Of a stretch of DNA of 64,000 bases, positions 16,549 through 25,907 are shown in pieces. The first letter of the stretch is position 1. Each line of letters begins with the position of its first letter. The translations under genes were made by a program, and so were the position numbers. The notes under the pieces were generated by a model. The model was not told the origin of the DNA. It made no database searches and saw only the letters and a list, made by a program, of their open reading frames with translations. Source of the stretch: Deltaproteobacteria bacterium (lineage in GTDB: Bacteria > Desulfobacterota > Dissulfuribacteria > Dissulfuribacterales > QOAL01); the NCBI GenBank assembly GCA_026995935.1, contig JALWNK010000017.1, positions 865 through 64,864 of the forward strand. Direction: 5' to 3'.

Positions 16549-18216
16549 ATAGCAAAGATTTACGGAAACACAAAAGGACTTTCTCCCAGCCAAAAAAAGG
16601 CCCTTGAGCGCATCTACAGGCGCAGGATCCCTGTCAGCGACATAATTACCCATGAGCTTGCCAGGACACTGGCACAGCAAAGCGATCTCCTTTCCAGGCA
16701 GGTTGCCGTTCTCATAAACAGAAAGGGGTTCATAACCCACGTCATCTGCGGTGACCAGCACGGTATATTCATACCCAATCTGGAAGAGTTCAGAAGGGGC
16801 GCCTTCAGGCTCAAGGGGCTAAGGTGTATCCACACCGTTCTTTCCCGTGGCAGGGGGCTCACTAACGAAGACCTCACAGACCTCGCCCTTTTAAGGCTGG
16901 ACGCCATGATGGTGATTGAGGTGGACAGGCAGCTGCCTGTGGCCTTTCACCTTGCCCACCTCTTACCTCCAGAGGAAAACGGACACAAGTGGAAGACCGA
17001 AACCTTTCGCCAAGCCAGGGAAATTCCTTACAGGTTTGATGAGTTCATAAAGGAACTGGAACAGGACATAGAAAGAAGGTGCAGGCTAAGGGCGGTCTCT
17101 GGCGCTGAGGAGCGGGCCATACTCGTTCATGCAAGCCCTAAGGGTGAGGAATTTGCCAGAAGGAGCCTTGAAGAGCTGGAAAGGCTTGCTGAAACCTCCA
17201 ATGTCCAGGTGGTGGACAAGGTCTATCAGAGAATCACCAGGTACAACCCAGCACACCTCATCGGCAAGGGCAAACTCAAGGAGATACTCATCTCCGGCCT
17301 CTACCTTGGGGCCACCATGGTGATATTTGACCAGAATCTAAGTCCTGTCCAGGCCAACAACATTGCCCGCATGATGGATCTCAAGGTCATTGACAGGACC
17401 CAGCTGATACTGGACATCTTTGCAAGGCATGCCACAACCAAAGGAGGGAAACTGCAGGTAGAACTTGCCCAGCTAAGGTATGCCCTTCCACGGCTGGTGG
17501 GCAAAGGTACTGCCATGTCAAGGCTCATGGGCGGAATTGGCGGAAAGGGCCCAGGGGAGACAAAGCTTGAGGTGGACAGGCGCAGGATAAAACAGAGGAT
17601 TTCCTCCCTGGAAAAGTCTCTTAAGGGGCTTTCCAAAAGACGGGCCCAGAGGAGAAAAAAGAGGAAGAAGGACAGGCTTCCTGTCCTTTCCATAATTGGT
17701 TATACAAACGCAGGCAAATCCACCCTGCTTAACCGCCTAACCAAAAGCAGTGTTACCGTGGCAGACAGGCTCTTTGCAACCCTTGACCCATCCACGAGGC
17801 TCCTGTTCTTAAACGGCAGAAAGATACTCCTTTCAGATACCGTTGGCTTTATCACCAACATGCCATCAGACATAAAACTCGCCTTCAAGGCCACCCTGGA
17901 AGAGCTCGAGGACTCACATGCCTTCATTCATGTGGTGGACGCTTCAAGCCCCTTTATCCAGGATGAAATAGAGGCAACCGAGGAGATACTAGAAGAGATA
18001 GGCCTTATCGATACCCCTCGGATTCTGGTGCTGAACAAATGCGATCTCCTTGACGAGGAAGCCAAAAAACGCATCCGCCGCCTTGACGGGCTGAGGGTTT
18101 CGGCAAGGACAGGTGAGGGCATAAAGGCACTTTTGGAAGAAATAGAAAAGATGGTCTCTTCCGGATTTACTAGGCCTGAATTCCAGGCCGTATCCAGGGC
18201 AGCAGTTACAGCCTAG
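16549..18216 (+). CDS. hflX: GTPase HflX, long form with an N-terminal extension (start codon non-canonical or unresolved)
   Basis: HflX core motifs: LILDIFARHATTKGGKLQVELAQLRY, G1 GYTNAGKST, DTVGF, NKCD. The first ATG/GTG/TTG in frame is 16906. The frame is nevertheless open from 16546 and encodes YGNTKGLSPSQKKALERIYRRRIP...LRCIHT...LTNEDLTDLALLRLDAMMVIEV, which resembles the N-terminal extension of long HflX proteins. GAGGTG (16535-16540) sits 8 nt before ATA 16549. Confidence 0.8.
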   Translation: MAKIYGNTKGLSPSQKKALERIYRRRIPVSDIITHELARTLAQQSDLLSRQVAVLINRKGFITHVICGDQHGIFIPNLEEFRRGAFRLKGLRCIHTVLSRGRGLTNEDLTDLALLRLDAMMVIEVDRQLPVAFHLAHLLPPEENGHKWKTETFRQAREIPYRFDEFIKELEQDIERRCRLRAVSGAEERAILVHASPKGEEFARRSLEELERLAETSNVQVVDKVYQRITRYNPAHLIGKGKLKEILISGLYLGATMVIFDQNLSPVQANNIARMMDLKVIDRTQLILDIFARHATTKGGKLQVELAQLRYALPRLVGKGTAMSRLMGGIGGKGPGETKLEVDRRRIKQRISSLEKSLKGLSKRRAQRRKKRKKDRLPVLSIIGYTNAGKSTLLNRLTKSSVTVADRLFATLDPSTRLLFLNGRKILLSDTVGFITNMPSDIKLAFKATLEELEDSHAFIHVVDASSPFIQDEIEATEEILEEIGLIDTPRILVLNKCDLLDEEAKKRIRRLDGLRVSARTGEGIKALLEEIEKMVSSGFTRPEFQAVSRAAVTA

Positions 18217-18357
18217 GCCACTTGGCCATACATAAAAAGACGGGCCACGAACCAGCAAAAGAGAAGGCAAGCGTTTCCCTCTTTGCCCTAATAACTCAAC
18301 TAAGGGCCGTCAAAAATTTCCATTTTGCCCTTAGTTAGACGGAAAAAGGAAAAAAAT

Positions 18358-19029
18358 TTACACACTTATTTCTGCCAGGTAGCTTTCATGGAGTGCAGAG
18401 ATGGCCCCCTTGTAATCATCCTTTTCAAAGACGGCCGAACCTGCAACGCATATATCAGCCCCTGCCTGAACCACGTCCTTGATGGTGGAGACGTTTACGC
18501 CTCCGTCCACCTCGATGGGAATCTCAAGGCCCCTTTCTTCCATCATCTGCTTAAGACGCCTGATCTTTGAAAGGGCAGAGGGGATAAAGCTCTGTCCGCC
18601 AAAACCCGGATTTACACTCATTAAAAGGACCATGTCCAGGTCCTCAAGCACATATTCCAGGCTGCAAAGAGGGGTTGCAGGGTTTAGAACGGCACCTGCC
18701 TTTTTCCCAAGGCCCTTTATCTGCTGGATGACCCTGTGAAGATGCGTACAGGCCTCCACATGAACCGTAATGAGGTCGGCACCAGCCCTGGCAAACTCCC
18801 CGATATACCTTTCAGGCTGCACTATCATCAGGTGCACATCCAGGGGAAGATCCGTAACAGGACGGATGGCCTCCACCACCAGGGGGCCAATGGTGATATT
18901 TGGGACAAACTGGCCGTCCATGACATCCACATGGATGAGGTCTGCCCCTGCCTCCTCAACGGCCCTGATCTCCTCACCAAGGCGCGAAAAATCTGCTGAC
19001 AAAATGGAAGGTGCTATTTGTACTTTCAT
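18358..19029 (-). CDS. rpe: Ribulose-phosphate 3-epimerase
   Basis: [21 protein letters not shown]...[12 protein letters not shown]...DVHLM...[11 protein letters not shown]...VDGG are the Rpe motifs. The start is trimmed to ATG 19029; the track ORF extends 84 codons upstream with no homology-like sequence. Confidence 0.93.
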   Translation of the reverse strand: MKVQIAPSILSADFSRLGEEIRAVEEAGADLIHVDVMDGQFVPNITIGPLVVEAIRPVTDLPLDVHLMIVQPERYIGEFARAGADLITVHVEACTHLHRVIQQIKGLGKKAGAVLNPATPLCSLEYVLEDLDMVLLMSVNPGFGGQSFIPSALSKIRRLKQMMEERGLEIPIEVDGGVNVSTIKDVVQAGADICVAGSAVFEKDDYKGAISALHESYLAEISV

Positions 19030-19084
19030 GATGGCTTCGTTATATAGTCTATGAACAAAAAAATTGGAACAGGAGAAAACGGTC

Positions 19085-20272
19085 ATGGACAGCAAATGCC
19101 TTTCTGAAAAGATGGTTGGTTTCATGGAACGGGCCTCATGGATTAGGAAGATGTTTGAAGAAGGCGCAAGGCTCAAAAAGGAACACGGGGCAGACAAGGT
19201 GTGTGATTTCAGCCTTGGGAACCCTGATCTTACGCCACCAGAGGCCTTTAACAGGGCACTTATAGATGCAGCATCCAGCAAGGAGCCAGGAATCCACGCC
19301 TACATGCCAAACGCTGGGATCCCCTGGGTAAGAGAAGAGATTGCCAAACAGGTAGGGAAGGAACACCAGGTTCCGGTTACCGGGCAGGACGTAATCATGA
19401 CCTGCGGGGCAGCAGGAGGGCTGAACATCATCTTTAAGGCCATCCTCAATCCTGGGGACGAGGTGATTGTGCCAAGGCCCTATTTTGTGGAGTATGGCTT
19501 CTACACGGATAATCACCAGGGAAAACTCGTTCCCGTTGATTCAAGGAAGGACTTCTCCCTTGATCTTGATGCAATAGCTAACGCCATCACGGAAAAGACA
19601 AAGGCCATACTTATCAATTCCCCGAATAACCCCTCTGGAGCCATATATGACGAGGACTCCATTAAGGCCCTTGCGGAACTGCTTAACTCCATAAAGAAAG
19701 AGAAAGGGCAGACCATTTTTCTCATCTCCGATGAGCCCTACAGGAAGATAGTTTTCACAGGAAACAGTGTGCCTCCCCTTATGAGCAACTACAGGGATAC
19801 AATCGTTACCACATCCTTTTCAAAGGACCTATCCATACCAGGTGAGCGCATTGGATACGTTGCCGTCCATCCGGAAATCACGGAAAAGGAGGCCCTTTTG
19901 GGCGCCATGACCCTTGCAAACAGGATTCTGGGCTTTGTAAATGCGCCTGCACTCATGCAGAGAGTGGTGGCGCAGGTTGCCTCAGAAACCGTTGACACCT
20001 CCATCTACGAAAGAAGGCGCGACATCTTTGCATCAATCTTAGAGAAAGCGGGCCTTGAGTTTACAATGCCCCAGGGGGCCTTCTACTTCTTTCCCCAAAG
20101 CCCCACTGCGGACGAAACGGTTTTTGTGAGGGCCCTTCAAAAGGAGCTCATCCTCACTGTGCCTGGGTCAGGCTTTGGGCAGCCAGGTTACATCCGCATA
20201 GCCTTTTGCGTGGATGACGAGGTGATAAAGAGGTCTGAGGCCGGCTTTAAAAGGGCAGTGGACAGCCTGTAA
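19085..20272 (+). CDS. Pyridoxal-phosphate-dependent aminotransferase, class I/II (aspartate/alanine family)
   Basis: About 395 aa. [17 protein letters not shown], the SFSKD PLP-lysine motif and GYIRIAF. ATG 19085 is preceded by AGGAGA. Confidence 0.85.
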   Translation: MDSKCLSEKMVGFMERASWIRKMFEEGARLKKEHGADKVCDFSLGNPDLTPPEAFNRALIDAASSKEPGIHAYMPNAGIPWVREEIAKQVGKEHQVPVTGQDVIMTCGAAGGLNIIFKAILNPGDEVIVPRPYFVEYGFYTDNHQGKLVPVDSRKDFSLDLDAIANAITEKTKAILINSPNNPSGAIYDEDSIKALAELLNSIKKEKGQTIFLISDEPYRKIVFTGNSVPPLMSNYRDTIVTTSFSKDLSIPGERIGYVAVHPEITEKEALLGAMTLANRILGFVNAPALMQRVVAQVASETVDTSIYERRRDIFASILEKAGLEFTMPQGAFYFFPQSPTADETVFVRALQKELILTVPGSGFGQPGYIRIAFCVDDEVIKRSEAGFKRAVDSL

Positions 20273-20278
20273 CCAACC

Positions 20279-21010
20279 TTGCTCGGTTTTTCAGGACTTG
20301 AGCTGGCCCTTGTGGGCCTTATTGCCCTTGTGGCGGGTTTTGTCCAGGGGCTGAGCGGCTTTGGCTCGGCCCTTGTTGCCATGCCCCTGCTCCTTCAGTT
20401 TCTTCCAGCAAGGCTTGCAACGCCCTTTTGCATACTCATGGGCATTGTCATCACCTCCATGTTGAGCCTCGGCCTTAGAAGCCATCTTGACAGGAAAAAG
20501 ATCGGGCCAATATTCGTGGGCTGCATCCCTGGAATAGCCGTGGGAACATATTTTCTGAAAACCCTTGACAACGAGATGATAAAGAGGCTCCTTGGCCTCA
20601 TCCTCATAGGCTACAGCCTCTTTAAGCTCTTTTTTGATGTTCGGCCCAGGAGACTTAGCAGGGCTTGGGGAGTGATTGCAGGATTTATGACCGGGGCCAT
20701 AGGTGCTGCCTTTAGTGCAGGAGGGCCCCCGACCATCATTTACACAAGTCTCAATGACTGGAATAAGGATGAAATAAAGGCAACCCTTTCTGGATTTTTC
20801 CTTCTAACGGGGGTTCTAATTGCAGCAGCCCATGCTGTAGCAGGAATAACAAACAGGAAGGTGCTGCTGCTTTTTGCGGTAGGAGCAGTGCCAGTTGTTG
20901 CGGGCACAAGAATTGGAAGCAGACTCTACAACAACCTATCCCACAAAAACTACCTGCGCATAATCTTTTTACTACTCTTGTTGATGGGCCTTCTTCTTGA
21001 ATTTCCCTAG
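20279..21010 (+). CDS. TSUP (TauE/SafE, DUF81) family anion exporter
   Basis: 243 aa with 7-8 TM segments. VAGFVQGLSGFGSAL and the second repeat FMTGAIGAAFSAGGPP are typical of TSUP. TTG start. Confidence 0.8.
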   Translation: MLGFSGLELALVGLIALVAGFVQGLSGFGSALVAMPLLLQFLPARLATPFCILMGIVITSMLSLGLRSHLDRKKIGPIFVGCIPGIAVGTYFLKTLDNEMIKRLLGLILIGYSLFKLFFDVRPRRLSRAWGVIAGFMTGAIGAAFSAGGPPTIIYTSLNDWNKDEIKATLSGFFLLTGVLIAAAHAVAGITNRKVLLLFAVGAVPVVAGTRIGSRLYNNLSHKNYLRIIFLLLLLMGLLLEFP

Positions 21011-21027
21011 GTGAGACAGGGGATTTT

Positions 21028-21459
21028 TCAGTCCCCTATCTTCTCCTTTGCCCATTCAAGGGCCTTAAGAACTCTGGGGGCAACAAGTTTCCTTGCCTCC
21101 TCATAGGTAACCCACTTGTAGGCATCGTGCTCAGGCTTTCCTATCTCGGGGTTTACCGGAAGGGATATATCCTTTGTCTTGGTCTCTGCCAGGTAGTAGC
21201 GGGCTACCTTTCTGCCCCGGTTATAGGGGCCTGTTTCCCTGAAATCATAGCCCCACTTAAAATCCAGGTCGGTGATGGTTGTTTCCTCCCTTGTTTCGCG
21301 TTTTGCAGCATCTATTGGGTCCTCACCTGGTTCCACTATGCCCTTTGGAAAATCCCAGTAGCCATAGGCCCTGAGCAAAAGATACTTCCATTTGCCGTCA
21401 TCATCCCTTCTGACCACAATGACACCTGCAGAAAGAATGGGTTTCTTATGGGTTTTCAC
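21028..21459 (-). CDS. NUDIX hydrolase (Ap4A-hydrolase-like)
   Basis: 143 aa with Nudix box GIVEPGEDPIDAAKRETREETTI. The ATG overlaps the RND gene stop (ATGA). Confidence 0.85.
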   Translation of the reverse strand: MKTHKKPILSAGVIVVRRDDDGKWKYLLLRAYGYWDFPKGIVEPGEDPIDAAKRETREETTITDLDFKWGYDFRETGPYNRGRKVARYYLAETKTKDISLPVNPEIGKPEHDAYKWVTYEEARKLVAPRVLKALEWAKEKIGD

Positions 21460-24400
21460 AGTACCAGCCTCTTTTCATGGGTTATGCGGTAGTCCAGGTA
21501 GTAGAGAATGGGCACGACCATTCGGGAAAAGATGGTGGCTGCGACCTCACCTGCCATAAGGGAAATGGCAAGGCCCTGGAAAATCGGGTCAAAGAGTATC
21601 ACAAAGGAACCCACTACCACTGCCGAAGAAGTAAGGAGCATGGGCCTGAACCTGATGGCCCCTGCATCAATCACTGCCTCCTTAAGGGGCATCCCTTCCG
21701 CAAGCCTGAGCTCAATAAAATCCACAAGGATGATGGAATTTCGCACCACAATGCCTGCACCTGCAATAAAACCTATCATGGATGTGGCTGTAAAAAATGC
21801 ACCCATCATTGCATGTGCCGGAATGATGCCAATGAGCGAAAGGGGAATTGGGGCAAGGATGACCAAAGGCACAGTGTAGGACTTGAACCAGCCCACAACC
21901 AGGATGTAAATAAGCACTATGACAACGGCAAAGGCTATCCCCATGTCCCTGAAGACCTCATAGGTCACCTGCCACTCTCCGTCCCACTTCATGGCCCACT
22001 CATCTGGCGAAAAGGGCTGCCTGATGTAGTAGATGTCAATGCCACTTTTTCCGTCCGGGGTCTTCAGCTTCTCAAGGGCCTTGTTGGCCTTCAATATGGC
22101 GTAGACCGGGCTTTCTTCCTTGCCAGAGACGTCCCCTGTAACGTAGACAACTGGTTTTAGATTCTTATGATAGATGGGATGCGGCCTTATGACGTTTTCA
22201 ACATGGGCAAGCTCTGCCATGGAAACCATCTTCCCTGACATCGAACGCACCTTCATGGATGCAAGATCCAGGGGCCCTGAACGCTCACTCCTTGGAAGCC
22301 GAATCAGAATGGCCACGTCTTCAGGGGCCGAAGGCACATGCAAAAGTCCCACCTGGGCACCGGCAACATAGGCGCGAAGCACCTGGAGCACCCTTGCAGG
22401 GGGAACCCCAAGCTGGGCTGCCTTGTCCTTTTCCACAACCACGCGAAATTCAGGCTGTGGATCTGTCATGTACCAGTCAACATCCACCACGCCCTCTGTA
22501 TGTTCAAAAATGTCCATTACCTTCCTGGCAACGTCTATCTGCTCCTCATAATCTGGACCGTAAACCTCTGCAACTAAGGTCTGAAGTACCGGGGGCCCGG
22601 GAGGTATCTCTGTAACCTTTATCCTGGCATTGAACTTCCTGGCAACCTCCTGGAGCTTAGGCCTTAGCCTCTTTGCTATGGAATGGCTCTGCTCACTCCT
22701 TTCATGCTTTGGAATGAGGTTGACCTGGATGTCTGCAACATTTGGCCCCTGCCTGAGATAGTAGTGGCGCACCAGGCCGTTGAAATTAAAGGGTGAGGCC
22801 GTCCCGATATAAAGCTCGTAGTCTGTTACCACCTTTTCCCTGTCAAGGATGTTACCAAGCTCTTCTGCCACCCTGGCCGTCTGCTCAAGGGCAGTGCCCT
22901 CTGGCATGTCTATTATGACCTGGAACTCACTCTTGTTGTCAAAGGGGAGCATCTTTACCCGCACCACCTTGAAGTATATGAGCGAGCAGGCAAAGATGAA
23001 GAGAAGTGCCATGACACCAAGAAACAGCCAGCGTTGATAGAGTTTGTCCAGAAGGTGCCCCATGGCCCAGCGGTATATCCTATCGAGCCATGTATCCTTC
23101 TCTGTCTTTTCCTGCTCCTTTTTCCCAAGTATGTGATAGGCGGTCCACGGGGTGATGACAAAGGAGATGACCATGGAAAGGAACATGGCAACAGAGGCCC
23201 CAACTGGCATTGGCCGCATGTAAGGGCCCATGAGCCCGCGGACAAAGGCCAGAGGCAAAATGGCCACAATGACAGTAAAGGTGGCAAGGATTAGGGGGCT
23301 TCCAACCTCAACAACCGCCTCAACTATTATGTCCTTTAGTGGACGGCCCTTGTTGTAAGGAAGACGCACGTGGCGCACAATGTTTTCCACATCCACAATT
23401 GGGTCATCCACCAGGATTCCTATGCAGAAGATGAGGGCAAAAAGCGTTACCCGGTTAAGGGTGTAGCCGTGTATGTAGTAGATGAAAAGAGTAAAGGCCA
23501 GGGTGACAGGAATGGCCACAAGCACCACGAGACTGGCCCTGACACCAAGGAGCAGCGCCATGAGTATTGCAACGGATATGGTTGCAATGGCAAGATGCTC
23601 TAAAAGCTCGTTGGACTTTTCCTTTGCAGTCTCCCCGTAATTTCTGGTTACAACATAGTGAATGTCCTCTGGCAGGATGAAGCCCCTGGTTGCCTCAACC
23701 TTTTTAAGGACCTCGTTGGCAAGATAGGTGGCATTCCAACCCTTTCTCTTTGCCACTGCTATGGTTACTGCAGGCTTTAAGGCACCAGGAGAAAACTCAA
23801 CGCCGTGCTTTTCCCCGTGCCCTGCACCAGCGCCAATCATGACATATGACTCAGGCTCTTCGGGCCCGTCTTTGATGTCTGCAATCTGCCCGAGGCGAAC
23901 GATCCTGCCCTTTACCACCTTTACCACGGCCTGTTTGACGTCCTCTTTTGAGAAAAAAAAGTTGTTCAGCCTCAGGGAAAATGCCTTGTTGTCCTTTGTG
24001 ATGTCTGCAATCCAGGAGGCCCTGTTCTGGGAGGAGAGGGCCTGGATTACGTCTGCTGCGTCAAGGCCCAGGCTGCCAAGGGCCTCCTGCCTGAGGTTAA
24101 CCCTTAGCTGCCGCCTGAGGCCTCCCTTTATGAAGGTTTCGCTTATACCTGGTATCTGCTTTATCTCTTCCCGCAACCTTGCCGCCACCTGCCTGAGCTG
24201 CATGCTGCTGTATCCGTCACCCCAGAGGGTGAGGCAGACAATGGGAACGTCGTCTATGGAGTGGAGCTTAAGCAGAGGTTTGCTGCATCCTGGGGGTATC
24301 CAATCAAAGTGGGAATAGAGCTTGTCGTAGGCCTTTAGCAGGCTGTCTTCCGTATCCTGTCCAACGTAAAACCGGACCACAGTAAGGGCCCTTCCGTCCA

Positions 24401-24707
24401 TGGCCGTGGAGTAGACGTATTCCACCCCGGGTATCTCCCACAAAAGCCGCTCCATTGGCCCAATAACCCGCTTTTCTATCTCCTTCGGACTGGCCCCTGG
24501 CATGCTCACCATGACATCCACCATGGGAACGACTATCTGGGGCTCTTCCTCGCTGGGAGTGAAGTAGACGGCAAAGGCGCCAAGAAGGAGGGAAAAGATG
24601 ACAATGAGCCCCGTAAGCTTTGAATCCACAAAAGTCCTGGTAAGCCAGGTAAGAAATGGGGCCTTGTGGGTGATGCCTGGCCTGGAGGAGCCTGACTGGT
24701 TACTCAA
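21456..24707 (-). CDS. RND efflux transporter permease (AcrB/AcrD/AcrF superfamily)
   Basis: About 1080 aa with a 12-TM, two-large-loop architecture and motifs such as FALIFCIGILVDDPIVDVENI and GFIAGAGIVVRNSIILVDF. Proposed TTG start at 24707 (GGGAGGG 8 nt upstream, overlapping the MFP stop). The track ORF starts at GTG 24764. Confidence 0.92.
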   Translation of the reverse strand: MSNQSGSSRPGITHKAPFLTWLTRTFVDSKLTGLIVIFSLLLGAFAVYFTPSEEEPQIVVPMVDVMVSMPGASPKEIEKRVIGPMERLLWEIPGVEYVYSTAMDGRALTVVRFYVGQDTEDSLLKAYDKLYSHFDWIPPGCSKPLLKLHSIDDVPIVCLTLWGDGYSSMQLRQVAARLREEIKQIPGISETFIKGGLRRQLRVNLRQEALGSLGLDAADVIQALSSQNRASWIADITKDNKAFSLRLNNFFFSKEDVKQAVVKVVKGRIVRLGQIADIKDGPEEPESYVMIGAGAGHGEKHGVEFSPGALKPAVTIAVAKRKGWNATYLANEVLKKVEATRGFILPEDIHYVVTRNYGETAKEKSNELLEHLAIATISVAILMALLLGVRASLVVLVAIPVTLAFTLFIYYIHGYTLNRVTLFALIFCIGILVDDPIVDVENIVRHVRLPYNKGRPLKDIIVEAVVEVGSPLILATFTVIVAILPLAFVRGLMGPYMRPMPVGASVAMFLSMVISFVITPWTAYHILGKKEQEKTEKDTWLDRIYRWAMGHLLDKLYQRWLFLGVMALLFIFACSLIYFKVVRVKMLPFDNKSEFQVIIDMPEGTALEQTARVAEELGNILDREKVVTDYELYIGTASPFNFNGLVRHYYLRQGPNVADIQVNLIPKHERSEQSHSIAKRLRPKLQEVARKFNARIKVTEIPPGPPVLQTLVAEVYGPDYEEQIDVARKVMDIFEHTEGVVDVDWYMTDPQPEFRVVVEKDKAAQLGVPPARVLQVLRAYVAGAQVGLLHVPSAPEDVAILIRLPRSERSGPLDLASMKVRSMSGKMVSMAELAHVENVIRPHPIYHKNLKPVVYVTGDVSGKEESPVYAILKANKALEKLKTPDGKSGIDIYYIRQPFSPDEWAMKWDGEWQVTYEVFRDMGIAFAVVIVLIYILVVGWFKSYTVPLVILAPIPLSLIGIIPAHAMMGAFFTATSMIGFIAGAGIVVRNSIILVDFIELRLAEGMPLKEAVIDAGAIRFRPMLLTSSAVVVGSFVILFDPIFQGLAISLMAGEVAATIFSRMVVPILYYLDYRITHEKRLVL

Positions 24708-25899
24708 GGCGTGCGCCCTCCCTTGCCTGGAAAAGGTTGGAAGAAACGATACTTTCTCCCTCACTGAGGCCGCTTAGAACCGTCACAAAAAGCTCTTTCT
24801 CTCCCCCAGCCTCAGGAACATCTTGCAGAACAGGCAGGTATCCTGCAGCGGTCTTGAGCCATTTCTTTCCAAGACGCACTATCCTCCAGTGCACGGTCTT
24901 GTTCTCATCAACAACGTAAACCCCATTTATTCCAGCACGCCTTACAATCACCTTTTCAGGAAGGACTATGGTTGTGACCTTGCCTGTCTCGATAAACACT
25001 CTGCCAAAAAGCCCGCTTTTAAGCTCGGTGGAACCCATATCTGCAAGAAGGGTAAAGGTGTGGGTTGCCGGCTGTGAGGAACGCTGTACGTGCTCAACCT
25101 TCTCTTTTGTAACAAGGTCAAGGGCAGGGATTGAAACGGTGACATCTTCACCTGGCCTTATATTGTCGATGAGGCTGTCATCTATCTGCGCCTCAAACCA
25201 GAAACCTGCTCCCTTGCCATCAAGCCTTATGAGCGGCATCCCCGGATTTACATAGGTGCCTGGATCCACCTTGCGGTCAGCTATCCAGCCATCAATTGGG
25301 GCCTTTATTCTCAAATATGCCAGCTGGTTTCTGGCCTCCCTTATCTGGGCCTCTACGGCCTTTATTTTCGCCTTTAAGGCATCGGTCTGGCTTTTTAATG
25401 CAAAATACTGAGTCCTTGCCCTGTCAAGTTCGTCCTTGGTTGCAGACTCCTCCTTGAAAAGCCTCTTAAACCTCTCAAAGTTTATCTTTGCATATTCATA
25501 CTTTGCCTCAATGGCACTAAGCTGACCAGAAACAGCCGATTTTTGTTCATATAGGGCCTTGATGCGGGCCTTTACGTCCGTGTCATCCACCAGAACAAGA
25601 AGCTGACCCTTTTTCACCTGATCGCCAATCTGTACGGGCACCTCTTTGACATAACCAGGCATCTTGGCGGCCAGGCTCACCTGCACCTTGGATCTCACCC
25701 TGCCCGGGAAGACGCGGATGCTTGGAAGTTCCTGGCTCCTGACCTTCAAGGTGTCTGCCTTGAATGCGTGAACTACAGAAAGCTCTTCCTTTGACTTTTC
25801 ACTGCTGCATGCTGCCACAAAAAAGACTGGCACAAACAGCAAAAAACAGAGGAAAAGCCGGTTAAACCGCTTTTTGGGAATATTTCCGTGGCCCCACAT
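24700..25899 (-). CDS. RND efflux periplasmic adaptor (membrane fusion protein, HlyD family)
   Basis: Lipoprotein signal FVPVFFVAACSS, a coiled-coil hairpin region, and lipoyl/beta-barrel segments (GYVKEVPVQIGDQVKKGQLL; RIKAPIDGWI). ATG 25899 follows GAGAGGA. Confidence 0.9.
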   Translation of the reverse strand: MWGHGNIPKKRFNRLFLCFLLFVPVFFVAACSSEKSKEELSVVHAFKADTLKVRSQELPSIRVFPGRVRSKVQVSLAAKMPGYVKEVPVQIGDQVKKGQLLVLVDDTDVKARIKALYEQKSAVSGQLSAIEAKYEYAKINFERFKRLFKEESATKDELDRARTQYFALKSQTDALKAKIKAVEAQIREARNQLAYLRIKAPIDGWIADRKVDPGTYVNPGMPLIRLDGKGAGFWFEAQIDDSLIDNIRPGEDVTVSIPALDLVTKEKVEHVQRSSQPATHTFTLLADMGSTELKSGLFGRVFIETGKVTTIVLPEKVIVRRAGINGVYVVDENKTVHWRIVRLGKKWLKTAAGYLPVLQDVPEAGGEKELFVTVLSGLSEGESIVSSNLFQAREGARLE

Positions 25900-25907
25900 A
25901 TTTCCTC

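Noticed and set aside
16826-16834. DnaA-box-like GTATCCACA near parA, considered as a hint of oriC
   Set aside because: A single 8/9 match inside hflX coding sequence. No cluster of boxes, no AT-rich unwinding element and no dnaA/dnaN in the window.
16477-16907. Two minus-strand ORFs (94 and 97 aa) in the apparent parA-hflX gap
   Set aside because: The plus-strand frame here encodes a segment resembling the conserved long-HflX N-terminal extension. The minus-strand translations are low-complexity.
21477-22160. 227-aa plus-strand ORF (and 21508-21879) antisense to the RND permease
   Set aside because: His/Gly/Cys-rich composition typical of the reverse frame of a hydrophobic membrane protein. 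No independent signals.
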